Shown: positions 17,214 through 26,966, counted from the first letter of the stretch. The stretch is DNA of 44,334 bases from Candidatus Nomurabacteria bacterium RIFCSPLOWO2_12_FULL_44_11 (GCA_001787125.1 MFVU01000002.1:1-44334), one strand, 5' to 3'. The notes: a model not told the origin generated them from the letters alone. Made by a program: numbers and translations.

Positions 17214-18017
17214 ATGAGAACAATAAGCCCCCTTACTTTTTTCTGGGGAGTTTTAACGGTCTCCGCCCCGATTGTCTGGATTTTCGCTTGGAGTAAGGGA
17301 GTTCCGGATTTTAGTAAATTATTTTTTGTGGGCGTAATAGGTTCAGTAGTTTTTTACTCGATTTCAAAAATTCTTTTTTATCGAACGATTAGAGACGCAG
17401 AACTCTCTCATGTTCACCCCCTTGTTGCATTGGGCCCTGTATTTACTCTTGGCTCCTCATTTCTTATTCTTTCCGAGGTGCCCTCTCTAATTGGGTTCAT
17501 AGGCATAGGAATTACGTTAGTGGGAACTTACGTTTTAAATATAAGCTCTATACGAGAGGGATTGTGGGAACCATTCAAAATTCTTTTCCGAAATAATTTA
17601 TCCTTGCTGATGCTCTACTCGGTACTTATAGGAAGCATCTCGCCGGTTTTTGACAAACTAGCAATTATTCATACCTCCCCTCAAAATGAAATATTCGCTC
17701 TTCTCATGGAAGATCTTGTTATTGTATTTGGGCTTTTACCTTGGATGCTATTAAAAAATAAAACGGTCGCGATTGAAATTAAATTTAATTGGAAGTGGAT
17801 TCTAACTTTTGGCCTACTTCAGGCAGTCAGCAACACCCTGGCTTTTATTTCCTTGGCAGGTGCAAACCCCGGCCTAGTGACCTCGGTTTTTAGGACTCAA
17901 ATATTTTTCGTTCTATTGTTTAGTTACTTATTTTTCGGGGATAGACCCAAAACGGAAACCATAGTTGGCTCAATTATAATGATTGGTGGCCTCGTGGTTT
18001 TGAAATTAGCCACGTAA
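17214..18017 (+). CDS. DMT/EamA-like multi-pass membrane transporter
   Basis: 267 aa, hydrophobic throughout with about 8-9 predicted helices and a two-halves organisation. Family assignment is tentative. Confidence 0.5.
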   Translation: MRTISPLTFFWGVLTVSAPIVWIFAWSKGVPDFSKLFFVGVIGSVVFYSISKILFYRTIRDAELSHVHPLVALGPVFTLGSSFLILSEVPSLIGFIGIGITLVGTYVLNISSIREGLWEPFKILFRNNLSLLMLYSVLIGSISPVFDKLAIIHTSPQNEIFALLMEDLVIVFGLLPWMLLKNKTVAIEIKFNWKWILTFGLLQAVSNTLAFISLAGANPGLVTSVFRTQIFFVLLFSYLFFGDRPKTETIVGSIIMIGGLVVLKLAT

Positions 18018-18112
18018 ATTGTCTGCTAGTAGAGATTGCTCAATAGCATGCTCATGAGCAAAGTAGGCACTTAAATTTCTTACTATATTCACGGCCGTGA
18101 GTCCGGTAAGAT

Positions 18113-19144
18113 CTATTCAGTTTTTAAAATTTCTAGCAGTGCAAGCTCGAGTGGAAGTTCCTTAATGAACGCGTTATTCATATTTTGGTATTCGCGTAGG
18201 AGAATCGCGAGTGTTTTAGAGGTGAACCTTGCGCTCTTCTTGGTGAGGGACCTCAAAAACGCTAAATCTTCTTCGCTCAAGTCGGCCGCCATCTGGTGCT
18301 CTATCTTAGGAGCATAACGCAGGACCACGCCGGCCCTGAATTTTTCAATGATTAGTTTAAAGTAAAGTTCCATGTCCAAGTTTTCCGCTGCCGCCTGACG
18401 CACCGTGCCGATGCCGGCCTCGAGATTTTCCTCCGTGATGGCAGTAATATAATTATTTACCAAAACCGTTTTTGGGGCACCGGTGATTTTTTCCACATCC
18501 TCACGCTTGATTTTTTTTCCCTTGGAAAAATTTATTACCTTTTGGAGCTCGCCCAAGGCATCCCGAAAAGAGCCGTCGCCTAAAATTGCCAAAAGTTCCG
18601 CAGAGCCGCTATCTAATTCATAGCCCTCCTTCTGGGCCACTTCCAGAAGCATTTTTTTTAAGATAGCATCCGATGCCTTCCTAAAAGTAAATACCTGACA
18701 ACGAGAAATAATGGTGTCCGGAACTTTGTGGAATTCAGTAGTAGCTAAAATAAAAATAGCGTGCTTCGGCGGCTCCTCGAGGGTCTTCAAGAGCGCTCCC
18801 CACGCGTCCTTGGAGAGCATGTGCACCTCATCAATGATGTAGACCTTGTATTTTGAATCAAAAGGCAGGACCCGCACTCCCTCGCGCAGTGCCTTGATAT
18901 CCTCGATACCGCGGTTAGAGGCCGCGTCTATTTCATATAAATCATTATCGGAGACACCTATTTCCCGGGCAAATATTCTCGCTACGGATGTTTTACCGGT
19001 GCCCCGGGAGCCCACGAATAAATATGCGTGGGAAACTTTATTGGTTTCCACCGAACTTTCCAGGACATCCACAATATGATTCTGCCCGAGAACCTCGCTG
19101 AATTTGCTTGGTCTGTATTTACGGTAAAGTGCCAAATCATGCAT
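18113..19144 (-). CDS. dnaX: DNA polymerase III subunit gamma/tau (short form)
   Basis: YRKYRPSKFSEVLGQ, Walker A GSRGTGKTS, IIDEVHML, SRCQVF. Confidence 0.9.
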   Translation of the reverse strand: MHDLALYRKYRPSKFSEVLGQNHIVDVLESSVETNKVSHAYLFVGSRGTGKTSVARIFAREIGVSDNDLYEIDAASNRGIEDIKALREGVRVLPFDSKYKVYIIDEVHMLSKDAWGALLKTLEEPPKHAIFILATTEFHKVPDTIISRCQVFTFRKASDAILKKMLLEVAQKEGYELDSGSAELLAILGDGSFRDALGELQKVINFSKGKKIKREDVEKITGAPKTVLVNNYITAITEENLEAGIGTVRQAAAENLDMELYFKLIIEKFRAGVVLRYAPKIEHQMAADLSEEDLAFLRSLTKKSARFTSKTLAILLREYQNMNNAFIKELPLELALLEILKTE

Positions 19145-19153
19145 AAATCAATA

Positions 19154-20155
19154 CTACCAAACTTTAGCCAAAAAATCATTAACAATTTTTTCTATCTCTT
19201 TTGCATTATTTGCCTCCATTAATTTCATACGGAGTTCTTTCGCTCCCTCGAAACCATTCACGTATGCCTTATAGTGTTTTTTCATAATGGCGAAATTTTT
19301 TTGCTTGCACAGAAGTTTTTCGAAGAGCTTCGTGTGTTCGACCATAACCTGTAACCTCTCCGAAATATTTTGAACGGGGAAGGTTCCGGCCGTAGGCTGG
19401 AGTAATCCGGAAAAATATTTCGGAGAAGTGGAAAAAAGCCATGGGTTACCGAAAATTGCTCGTCCTAACATCACCCCATCGCAACCATATTCTTTGCATT
19501 TACTCCTAGCATCAGCAATATCTAAAGCATCGCCGTTGCCAAGAATGAGCGTTGACTTCCCTACCCGGTCTCTGATTTCTAAAATTTTTGGCATAACTTC
19601 CCAGTGCGCCGGCACATCCGACATTTCTTTTCTGGTCCTCAAGTGAACTGTCAATGCCGCCACGCCTTCTTCCAGTATTGCCGGTACTAGCGTTTCAATT
19701 TCATTCCGGTTGTAGCCAATGCGAGTTTTAACAGAAATCGGGAGACCTCCTGCGCCTTCCTTGGCCGCTCTAATTATTTCTTTAGCAAGTTTGAGGTCCT
19801 TCATTGTAGCTGCACCGGCGCATTGTTTCTCCACCGAACGATCCGGGCAACCCATATTTATATCTACACCATCAAAGCCGAGCTCTTTGCACAGCGCGCT
19901 CGCAATTTTAATATTTTCCGGCTTGCCGCCGAATAGCTGCGCTACAATTGGGTGCTCGTTTTTACTATATTTAAGGTCGATTAATAGTTTCTTCCTAGCA
20001 ACAGGGTGTGCCAAGCCATCCGCCGAAACAAACTCCGTAAAAAATACGTCCGGTTTTCCATATTTATTTATTATTTGCCTAAAGACACAATCTGTAACAT
20101 CAGCCATGGGTGCGAGAGTCAAAATAGGCTTTTTTAGTTTTGTCCAGAAATTCAC
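19154..20155 (-). CDS. dus: tRNA-dihydrouridine synthase
   Basis: LAPMADVTD, GVDINMGCP and a TIM-barrel FMN-binding pattern. ATGA-type overlap with the ftsQ-like stop. Confidence 0.88.
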   Translation of the reverse strand: MNFWTKLKKPILTLAPMADVTDCVFRQIINKYGKPDVFFTEFVSADGLAHPVARKKLLIDLKYSKNEHPIVAQLFGGKPENIKIASALCKELGFDGVDINMGCPDRSVEKQCAGAATMKDLKLAKEIIRAAKEGAGGLPISVKTRIGYNRNEIETLVPAILEEGVAALTVHLRTRKEMSDVPAHWEVMPKILEIRDRVGKSTLILGNGDALDIADARSKCKEYGCDGVMLGRAIFGNPWLFSTSPKYFSGLLQPTAGTFPVQNISERLQVMVEHTKLFEKLLCKQKNFAIMKKHYKAYVNGFEGAKELRMKLMEANNAKEIEKIVNDFLAKVW

Positions 20156-20988
20156 TTGAATTTGTAGTATACTTTGTTCCCGAACCGGAGGTCAATATAT
20201 TCCAAACTGGTGTATTTTTTCTTAAAATCTGTTTGGAGTGGCTCAGTAGTTAGCGCTGTTTGCAGATTTTCTAGCATTTTTGCAAAATCCGTGTCGGTCT
20301 TAAAAATAATTTCTGGGGCCTTAGATGATGTGGCGGATAGAAATATCACCGCATTTGCATCTTCTTTTACATATAAGGCCACTGGTTTTATCCCCATCAT
20401 TTCAAGATTTTTTTTAAAGTTTATCAGGTCATTAAATACTGGGTAATTATTTTTAAACGGCTCGCCATATAATTTAAAGTAAACATCACCAGAGAAATAT
20501 GGTGCTTCGTCGAAAATATATCCGTTCTCGTCCACAAAATTGCATTTTTCAATTTGGCTCTTCTCTGCTCCTGGTGCAGATCCGCACCAAGTATAAAGCC
20601 CGGTTCGTTCACTAACGGTAATTTGAATTATACGTCCGTTTAAGCCGAGAGAAATATCCTTAAGGCGCCCAAATCGCGCGTAGAGATCGTTTTGGATTTT
20701 AGTTTTTGGGTAAAGAACCAAATTTGTTTTTGGAAATAGCCATAAATATTCTCCGGACAGATCAGCCTGCGCGACCTCTTTAATAGCTTCGCTATCAACG
20801 ATTTTATTTCCCGTAACTACGATGTCATTAATATTTAATTTTCTGATTTTAGATACAAAGGCAAGACCGCCGATAAAAAAAGCAAAAATAAGAATAAAAA
20901 AAACCGTCTTTAGAAAAAAAATATTACGCCTTTTTCTTCGCAGTTCCGAAAGGCGCGGCGAATACAAAACCGCTCTCTTGTTTTTCAT
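20152..20988 (-). CDS. ftsQ: FtsQ-like cell-division protein (N-terminal TM helix + POTRA)
   Basis: Basic N-terminus, one TM helix (FFILIFAFFIGGLAFV), then a POTRA-like segment INDIVVTGNKIVDSEAIKEV. Confidence 0.6.
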   Translation of the reverse strand: MKNKRAVLYSPRLSELRRKRRNIFFLKTVFFILIFAFFIGGLAFVSKIRKLNINDIVVTGNKIVDSEAIKEVAQADLSGEYLWLFPKTNLVLYPKTKIQNDLYARFGRLKDISLGLNGRIIQITVSERTGLYTWCGSAPGAEKSQIEKCNFVDENGYIFDEAPYFSGDVYFKLYGEPFKNNYPVFNDLINFKKNLEMMGIKPVALYVKEDANAVIFLSATSSKAPEIIFKTDTDFAKMLENLQTALTTEPLQTDFKKKYTSLEYIDLRFGNKVYYKFK

Positions 20989-22256
20989 TTTTTCCCAATA
21001 AACTCCTGATCACCCATATACTTACGCAGGACTTCGGGAATTTTTACTGAACCATCCGCTTGCTGAAAATTCTCTACCAACGAGACCAGAATTCTAGGGG
21101 TTGGTATGGCTGTAGCATTTAGGGAGTGAGTATAAAGAATTTTTCCTTCGCTGTCCTTATATCTTGTGCCAAACCTTCTTGTCTGAAAATCATGATAATA
21201 TGAAGCACTGGCAATTTCTCTATATTTTCCTTCCTTTGGTACCCAAAGTTCAGTGTCATATGACTTTACATGCGCGCCCTTCAAGTCCCCAGTACATATC
21301 GCAACCTGTCTATACGGAATTCCCAATGATTCTATAAACTCTTCCGTATTGCGATTTAGTTCTTCATGAAATTTTACTGATTCCTCGTGGCTCGCCTTGC
21401 ATATTATAAGTTGCTCCAGTTTGTAAAATTCATGCACTCTGATAAGACCCTTAACATCCTTGGAATGAGCACCGGCCTCACGTCTGAAGCAGGCAGAAAA
21501 TGCCAGATAACGTTTTGGCAATTCCTCTTCCTTTAATATTTCCCCAGCATGATAAGCCATCATCGGTACCTCTGCCGTCCCTGCTAGATATTGGCCGTCT
21601 TGTGTCTGAAAAATATCTTCAGCGCCGCCAGGAAGATGTCCCGTTCCTAAAAAATGTTCTTTATTGACAATTGCTGGGGCGATAAAAGGCGTAAAATTTT
21701 TCTTTAAAAAGAAATCTTGAGCATAGTTCCAAATCGCCCAGGAAAGCAAAGCACCGTCGTTTTTTAAAAAATATCCACGGAAACCGTGAGCTTTCACGCC
21801 GCGCTCCAAATCAAGCATACCTAACTTGTTCATTATTTCAATATGATCCTTCGGCTCAAAACTAAAGGTTGGTTTTTCTCCCCAGGTTCTAAGTTCTTTG
21901 TTGTCATTTTCGCTTACTCCTTCTGGTACTGACATATCCGGAACATTTGGCACCTGAAGCATCATTTTCTGCCAGTCATCCATTATTTTTTTAAATTTTT
22001 CTTCTTTACTCTTTATCTCTTCTTTAACTGAACGCATTTCTTCAATAAGCTGTATCTTGAGCGCCGGGTCTTGGTCGCGGGCGATATCATTCGACACGCG
22101 ATTTATTTCCGCCCGCAAATTTTCAAGCTCCTTGAGCTCTTTCAGCCGCAAGTCGTCGAGCGCTATAAGTTTGCCAATGTCAACTTCTATTTTCTTCTTT
22201 TTCGCTCCGGCTTGAACGATCTCTTTGTTTTCACGGATGAATTTGATGTCTAGCAT
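20985..22256 (-). CDS. serS: seryl-tRNA synthetase
   Basis: MLDIKFIREN, an N-terminal coiled coil, and class II motif 2 FRREAGAHSKDVKGLIRVHEF. Confidence 0.95.
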   Translation of the reverse strand: MLDIKFIRENKEIVQAGAKKKKIEVDIGKLIALDDLRLKELKELENLRAEINRVSNDIARDQDPALKIQLIEEMRSVKEEIKSKEEKFKKIMDDWQKMMLQVPNVPDMSVPEGVSENDNKELRTWGEKPTFSFEPKDHIEIMNKLGMLDLERGVKAHGFRGYFLKNDGALLSWAIWNYAQDFFLKKNFTPFIAPAIVNKEHFLGTGHLPGGAEDIFQTQDGQYLAGTAEVPMMAYHAGEILKEEELPKRYLAFSACFRREAGAHSKDVKGLIRVHEFYKLEQLIICKASHEESVKFHEELNRNTEEFIESLGIPYRQVAICTGDLKGAHVKSYDTELWVPKEGKYREIASASYYHDFQTRRFGTRYKDSEGKILYTHSLNATAIPTPRILVSLVENFQQADGSVKIPEVLRKYMGDQEFIGKK

Positions 22257-22262
22257 ATATAC

Positions 22263-22268
22263 ATTATA
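22263..22268 (-). promoter_or_regulatory. -10 TATAAT for serS, 6 nt from the ATG (leaderless configuration)
   Basis: Minus strand reads aatTATAATgtatatATG. Confidence 0.5.
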
Positions 22269-22276
22269 TATTAAAT

Positions 22277-22285
22277 TGGTATAAT
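22277..22285 (+). promoter_or_regulatory. extended -10 (TGgTATAAT) for dprA
   Basis: TGgTATAAT ends 9 nt before ATG 22295. No SD. Confidence 0.5.
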
Positions 22286-22294
22286 GGCAAAACG

Positions 22295-23161
22295 ATGAAG
22301 TTTAAGTTGAAAATTTTGCAGGGCAAAGACATTCCGGAGATTTTGCGGGAAATTCCTCAACCCCCTGAAAAGCTCTACCTAGCAGGAGAACTTCCGCCGG
22401 AAGGCACTGTGTGTTTAGCCGTAGTCGGCTCTCGAAAATGCACGACATACGGAAAAGACGCGGTTAAGAAATTAATCAACGGTTTGCGCGGATACCCGAT
22501 AGCCATAGTTTCTGGACTAGCTGTGGGAATTGATTCTCTCTCTCATGAAGCGGCGCTGGATGCCGGGCTCTGCGCGGTCGCGTTTCCCGGCTCTGGAATT
22601 TCAGAAGAAGCATTTTTCCCGCCCACCAGCTTAAAGCTCGCGCAAAAAATCATTGAGTCAGGCGGATGCATTTTGTCCGAATTTGAACCCGATTTTAAGG
22701 CCGCTTATTATACTTTTCCGATGCGAAACCGCTTGGTAGCCGGCCTTTCCAAGGCGGCGCTCATTATCGAGGCCCAGGAAAAATCCGGCACGCTCATCAC
22801 TGCGCGCATGGCGTTGGATTATAATCGCGAGGTTTTGGCAGTGCCGGGGACTATCAACTCTCTATATTCGAAGGGCACAAACAAACTTATCCGAAACGGA
22901 GCTACTCCCATAACTTGTTCCGACGATATTTTAGAAGCGCTCGGTTTCAAAATTGACAATGCCAGCAAGCAAGAAAGTTTGTTTGAAGATGCAAGGCCTG
23001 AGGAAAAAGCCGTGCTGAAACTTTTAGCTGAGCCAAATTCGCGCGATGATTTAATTCGATTGATGAAAATGCCGATCGCGGAAGCAAATGCCCTCCTCTC
23101 GGTAATGGAAATAAAAGGATTGATAAGAGAAGAAATGGGAGAAATTCGCGCAAGCTTTTAA
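22295..23161 (+). CDS. dprA: DNA-processing protein DprA (Smf)
   Basis: LAVVGSRKCTTYG, VSGLAVGIDSLSHEAAL, QEKSGTLITA. Confidence 0.88.
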   Translation: MKFKLKILQGKDIPEILREIPQPPEKLYLAGELPPEGTVCLAVVGSRKCTTYGKDAVKKLINGLRGYPIAIVSGLAVGIDSLSHEAALDAGLCAVAFPGSGISEEAFFPPTSLKLAQKIIESGGCILSEFEPDFKAAYYTFPMRNRLVAGLSKAALIIEAQEKSGTLITARMALDYNREVLAVPGTINSLYSKGTNKLIRNGATPITCSDDILEALGFKIDNASKQESLFEDARPEEKAVLKLLAEPNSRDDLIRLMKMPIAEANALLSVMEIKGLIREEMGEIRASF

Positions 23162-23208
23162 TTCTCAAATTTGCAAAAAATTTCCAGTTCGTGTAATACT
23201 TACCTCCT

Positions 23209-25446
23209 ATGAAGTTATTAATTGTTGAGTCACCATCTAAAGCAAAGACAATTGAAAAATATTTAGAGGGCACTTACACTGTACGCGCTTCCATCGGTCA
23301 CATCCGCGACCTGCCGAAATCAAATAAAAAAGCGATAGACATTGAAGCAGGTTTTGTTCCTTTTTACGAAATTTCCAAAGGCAAGGAAAAAGTCGTGCAC
23401 GAACTTCAGGGTTTGGCTGAAAGGGCGGATGAGATAATTCTAGCGACCGACCCCGACCGTGAAGGTGAAGCTATTGCTTGGCATGTGAAAGAAATTTTAG
23501 ACAACGTCAAGGCACCGATTAAACGAGTAAGATTTTATGAAATTACAGAGGAAGCAGTAAAAGAAGCTATTCAGAATCCAGAAGAAATTAATAAAAAATT
23601 AGTAAAAGCCCAGGAAGCCCGTCGAGTGCTAGACCGTTTGGTTGGCTACGACCTCTCCGGCCTGATATGGAAAAAGGTGCGTTATGGACTCTCGGCTGGC
23701 AGGGTGCAATCGCCGGCGCTTCGCATAATTATGGAGCGCGAGCGCGAAATCCGCGCATTCGTGCCTGAAAAATTTTGGAAAATACTAGGACTATTCGCGA
23801 CTCAAAGAAACCAACACATTACTCTCACGTGTTCTGAAGAGCCGAGAGATGAAAAGCTGGTAGAGAAAATTTTAGATGTTGGCAAGTCGGGGACATGGAT
23901 TATTAAAGATGTTAAGGAGTCCGAGCAGAAACGAACACCACGTGCACCGTTCACCACTTCAACGTTACAACAGACAGCAAGCTCGCGTCTGGGCTATTCC
24001 CCATCCCGCACTATGCAAATAGCTCAGAAGCTCTACGAAGCCGGACACATTACCTATATGAGAACAGACAGCACTACGCTATCAAGCACCGCCCAGGGGC
24101 AAATTTTGGGATTCATAGAAAAAGGATACGGAAAAGAGTATGTGCAAAGTAGAGTTTACAAAACTAAATCCAAGAATGCTCAAGAAGCGCACGAGGCAAT
24201 TCGCCCGACGCATATAAATAAATTGCACAGTGGACACGATGACTATGATCGCCTTTATCGATTAATTTGGGAGCGCGCCGTTGCATCCCAGATGGCTGAT
24301 GCAAAATTATTGAAAACGAAAGTTACTGCAGAAATTGAAGGACGCTCCGACTTACCGGACTTCAGCGCAATCGGCTCACGTTTGCTTTTCCCCGGCTGGC
24401 TTGCTGTAGATCAGGGCGCGCGTGGTGAAGATGTAGAATTACCAGAATGTAAAAAGGGTGAACATTTAAAATTGATCGAACTTTCCAGTGAAGAAAAATT
24501 CACCGAGCCGCCCGGCAGATATAGTGAAGCAGGATTGATTAAGGAACTAGAGAGCCGAGGCATCGGCCGGCCTTCCACTTATGCATCCATAATGCGCACT
24601 CTGGAAGATCGCGAATATGTACGCAAAGATGGCAAAACGCTTTTTCCGACTGACACAGGCGAGGTAGTGTCGGACTTTCTGGAGAAACATTTTGCAAATT
24701 ATATTTCGGATACCTTTACTGCCGAAATGGAAGATGAACTAGACGAAATTTCCCGCGGCGAGCGTGAATATGAGAAAACATTGAAGGACTTTTATATTCC
24801 TTTTGCGAAAGACGTGAAGGCAAAAGATAAATTAGAAAAAGCAACAAATTTGGGTGACGCGCCGGAAAGTATCAAATGCCCCAAATGTGGCAGTGCTATG
24901 ATCATCAAACTCGCCCGCTCCGGAAAATTTTATTCTTGCTCCAAGTACCCGGACTGCGACGGCGCCTTGATGCTCGATGGTACCGAGCTTCAGGGGCCAA
25001 AAGAAACGGGTGAAATGTGCCCTTTATGTGGGGAAAAGAAACCCGCCGGACCGAACGGTCGTTCGGGCGGGGGAAAATCTGGAGGGGGAAAGCTGGTCGT
25101 GAAGGAGAGGCGTGACGGTTCAGGAACTTTTATTGCTTGTTCTAGGTATCCAAAATGTAAATTTATAAAAAGTGATGAAGCGGAAGAAGCCAAAAAAAGA
25201 ACTGGCATTGTGTGTCCGGTCTGTAAAACCGGAGATATTACTGAACGTAAAGGACGCTTTGGTATTTTCTATTCTTGTTCTAATTATCCAACCTGTAAAT
25301 TCGCAATCAAAGCCAAGCCAACCGGAAATATCTGCAAAGAATGCGGCTCTTTAATGATGGATGGGACTAAAACTATTCCTGAACGTTGCAGTAAAAAAGA
25401 TTGCCTCAACTTCCGTCCGGACAAAATTAAGAAAATTGAGAGTTAG
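23209..25446 (+). CDS. topA: DNA topoisomerase I
   Basis: Toprim LLIVESPSKAKTIEKYL and ATDPDREGEAIAWH, active-site Tyr context GHITYMRTDST, and C-terminal repeated CxxC...CxxC zinc ribbons. Confidence 0.95.
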   Translation: MKLLIVESPSKAKTIEKYLEGTYTVRASIGHIRDLPKSNKKAIDIEAGFVPFYEISKGKEKVVHELQGLAERADEIILATDPDREGEAIAWHVKEILDNVKAPIKRVRFYEITEEAVKEAIQNPEEINKKLVKAQEARRVLDRLVGYDLSGLIWKKVRYGLSAGRVQSPALRIIMEREREIRAFVPEKFWKILGLFATQRNQHITLTCSEEPRDEKLVEKILDVGKSGTWIIKDVKESEQKRTPRAPFTTSTLQQTASSRLGYSPSRTMQIAQKLYEAGHITYMRTDSTTLSSTAQGQILGFIEKGYGKEYVQSRVYKTKSKNAQEAHEAIRPTHINKLHSGHDDYDRLYRLIWERAVASQMADAKLLKTKVTAEIEGRSDLPDFSAIGSRLLFPGWLAVDQGARGEDVELPECKKGEHLKLIELSSEEKFTEPPGRYSEAGLIKELESRGIGRPSTYASIMRTLEDREYVRKDGKTLFPTDTGEVVSDFLEKHFANYISDTFTAEMEDELDEISRGEREYEKTLKDFYIPFAKDVKAKDKLEKATNLGDAPESIKCPKCGSAMIIKLARSGKFYSCSKYPDCDGALMLDGTELQGPKETGEMCPLCGEKKPAGPNGRSGGGKSGGGKLVVKERRDGSGTFIACSRYPKCKFIKSDEAEEAKKRTGIVCPVCKTGDITERKGRFGIFYSCSNYPTCKFAIKAKPTGNICKECGSLMMDGTKTIPERCSKKDCLNFRPDKIKKIES
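25041..25073. repeat. GC-rich palindromic repeat, copy 2 (in frame inside topA)
   Basis: acccgccggaccgaacggtcgttcgggcggggg with core arms ccgaacg/cgttcgg. Translates as KPAGPNGRSGGGK between two zinc-ribbon modules. About 26 of 33 positions match 13183-13215. Confidence 0.8.
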
Positions 25447-25447
25447 T

Positions 25448-25475
25448 TTGTCAACAACAAAATAGGTAGTATAAT
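25448..25475 (+). promoter_or_regulatory. sigma70-type promoter for relA/spoT (TTGTCA-16-TATAAT), 6 nt from the ATG
   Basis: TTGTCA at 25448-25453 and TATAAT at 25470-25475; ATG at 25482. Confidence 0.55.
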
Positions 25476-25481
25476 CCACTT

Positions 25482-26957
25482 ATGCCGAATGCAAATGACA
25501 TAAAAGCATTGGCTCAATTGATGGGTGGAAAGGTAGCCAAGAAGGAGGAGGAACTTTTACATAGGGCCTATGATTTTGCGGAGCGAGCGCATGAAGGGCA
25601 AAAACGCCTCTCGGGTGATCTTTATTTTACCCATGTATATGAAACTGCTAAAATTTTAGCTGGCCTCGGGATGGATACGCAAACGATTGCGGCCGGACTT
25701 CTCCATGACCTATTGGAGGACACCCAGACAACGGAGGAGCAAATAAAAAAGGAATTTGGTGATGATATTCTATTTTTAATTAAAGGTGTTACGAAACTTG
25801 GAACCCTAAAATATCGAGGGCACGAACGACATGTGGAAAGTTTACGTAAATTTTTTGTGGCAATGGCCAACGATCTGCGCGTGGTTATCATAAAATTTGC
25901 CGACCGATTGCATAATTTGCGAACACTCCAGTTCATCCGCGAAGACAAGCAAAAGCGGATTGCCGTAGAATCCATAGAGGTTTATGCGCCGCTCGCCAAT
26001 CGGCTCGGTATGGGAAAATTGAAAGGCGAAATTGAAGATGCCGCTTTTCCGTTTTCTTATCCGGAGGAACATAAAAAAATAGAAGAAATAATCGCGCAAA
26101 GAAAAGACGGGGATCAGAAATGTTTGATGGAGGTCCGGGAAGTATTAGAAAAAGAACTTAAAAAAAATCGAATCAAATTCGATGAAATCGACTACCGTAT
26201 GAAGCATAAATACAGCCTCTACCGAAAACTCTTGAAATATAATATGGATATAGAAAAGATATATGACATTGTCGCCTTGCGCATTATTGTCGATACCGTG
26301 GAGGACTGTTATAAAATTTTAGGTCTCGTGCATTCCATTTGGAATCCGCTTCCCGGCCGAATTAAGGATTATATCGCTATCCCGAAGCCAAATGGTTACC
26401 GCTCGCTCCACACTACTGTTTTTACCGGACTCGGCGGGGTGGCCGAAATTCAGATTAAGACAAAAGAAATGCATGCCGAGGCGGCCTACGGCATTGCTGC
26501 ACACTTCGCCTATAAAGAACAAAATAAGAAGAATCGAGACGATAAATCAAAGTTCAAATGGATAGAAGAGCTAAAGGAGCTCAAATATATGCCTAATGAG
26601 CCGAAGACGTTCATTGAACACCTAAAGATGGATTTTTTCAATGATCGTATTTTTATTTTTACTCCAAAAGGCGACGTTATTGACCTACCGGAGGATTCCA
26701 GTCCGGTGGATTTTGCTTATTCAATCCATTCGGATATCGGCGATCATATGTTCGGGTCGAAAATTAACGGCAAGATGTCCCAGATTTTCACGAAACTTAA
26801 AAATGGCGACATTGTCGAGATAATCACAAAAAAGGACTCACGGCCATCGTCTAAATGGTTGGAATACACCAAAACCAATGTGGCGCGCAAGAATATAAAA
26901 TCCTATCTCGAAAAAAATAGTTTATTGTCGAGATTAAAATCCTTCGGCCAGAAATGA
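25482..26957 (+). CDS. bifunctional (p)ppGpp synthetase/hydrolase, RelA/SpoT homologue (HD + synthetase + TGS; no ACT domain)
   Basis: HD motif LLHDLLEDT, synthetase core YRSLHTTV, and TGS-like IFIFTPKGDVIDLPEDSSPVDFAY. Confidence 0.9.
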   Translation: MPNANDIKALAQLMGGKVAKKEEELLHRAYDFAERAHEGQKRLSGDLYFTHVYETAKILAGLGMDTQTIAAGLLHDLLEDTQTTEEQIKKEFGDDILFLIKGVTKLGTLKYRGHERHVESLRKFFVAMANDLRVVIIKFADRLHNLRTLQFIREDKQKRIAVESIEVYAPLANRLGMGKLKGEIEDAAFPFSYPEEHKKIEEIIAQRKDGDQKCLMEVREVLEKELKKNRIKFDEIDYRMKHKYSLYRKLLKYNMDIEKIYDIVALRIIVDTVEDCYKILGLVHSIWNPLPGRIKDYIAIPKPNGYRSLHTTVFTGLGGVAEIQIKTKEMHAEAAYGIAAHFAYKEQNKKNRDDKSKFKWIEELKELKYMPNEPKTFIEHLKMDFFNDRIFIFTPKGDVIDLPEDSSPVDFAYSIHSDIGDHMFGSKINGKMSQIFTKLKNGDIVEIITKKDSRPSSKWLEYTKTNVARKNIKSYLEKNSLLSRLKSFGQK

Positions 26958-26966
26958 ACAGTTTCT

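Noticed and set aside
23198-23208. CCTCCT immediately upstream of the topA ATG (an anti-SD-like sequence rather than an SD)
   Set aside because: It is a single occurrence. It reads as AGGAGG only on the opposite strand, where no ORF start is nearby, so it is likely coincidental.
23930-23950. CACGTG core looked at as a possible parS site
   Set aside because: The flanks (acaccacgtgcaccg) do not match the tGTTTCACGTGAAACa consensus, and it is inside topA coding sequence.
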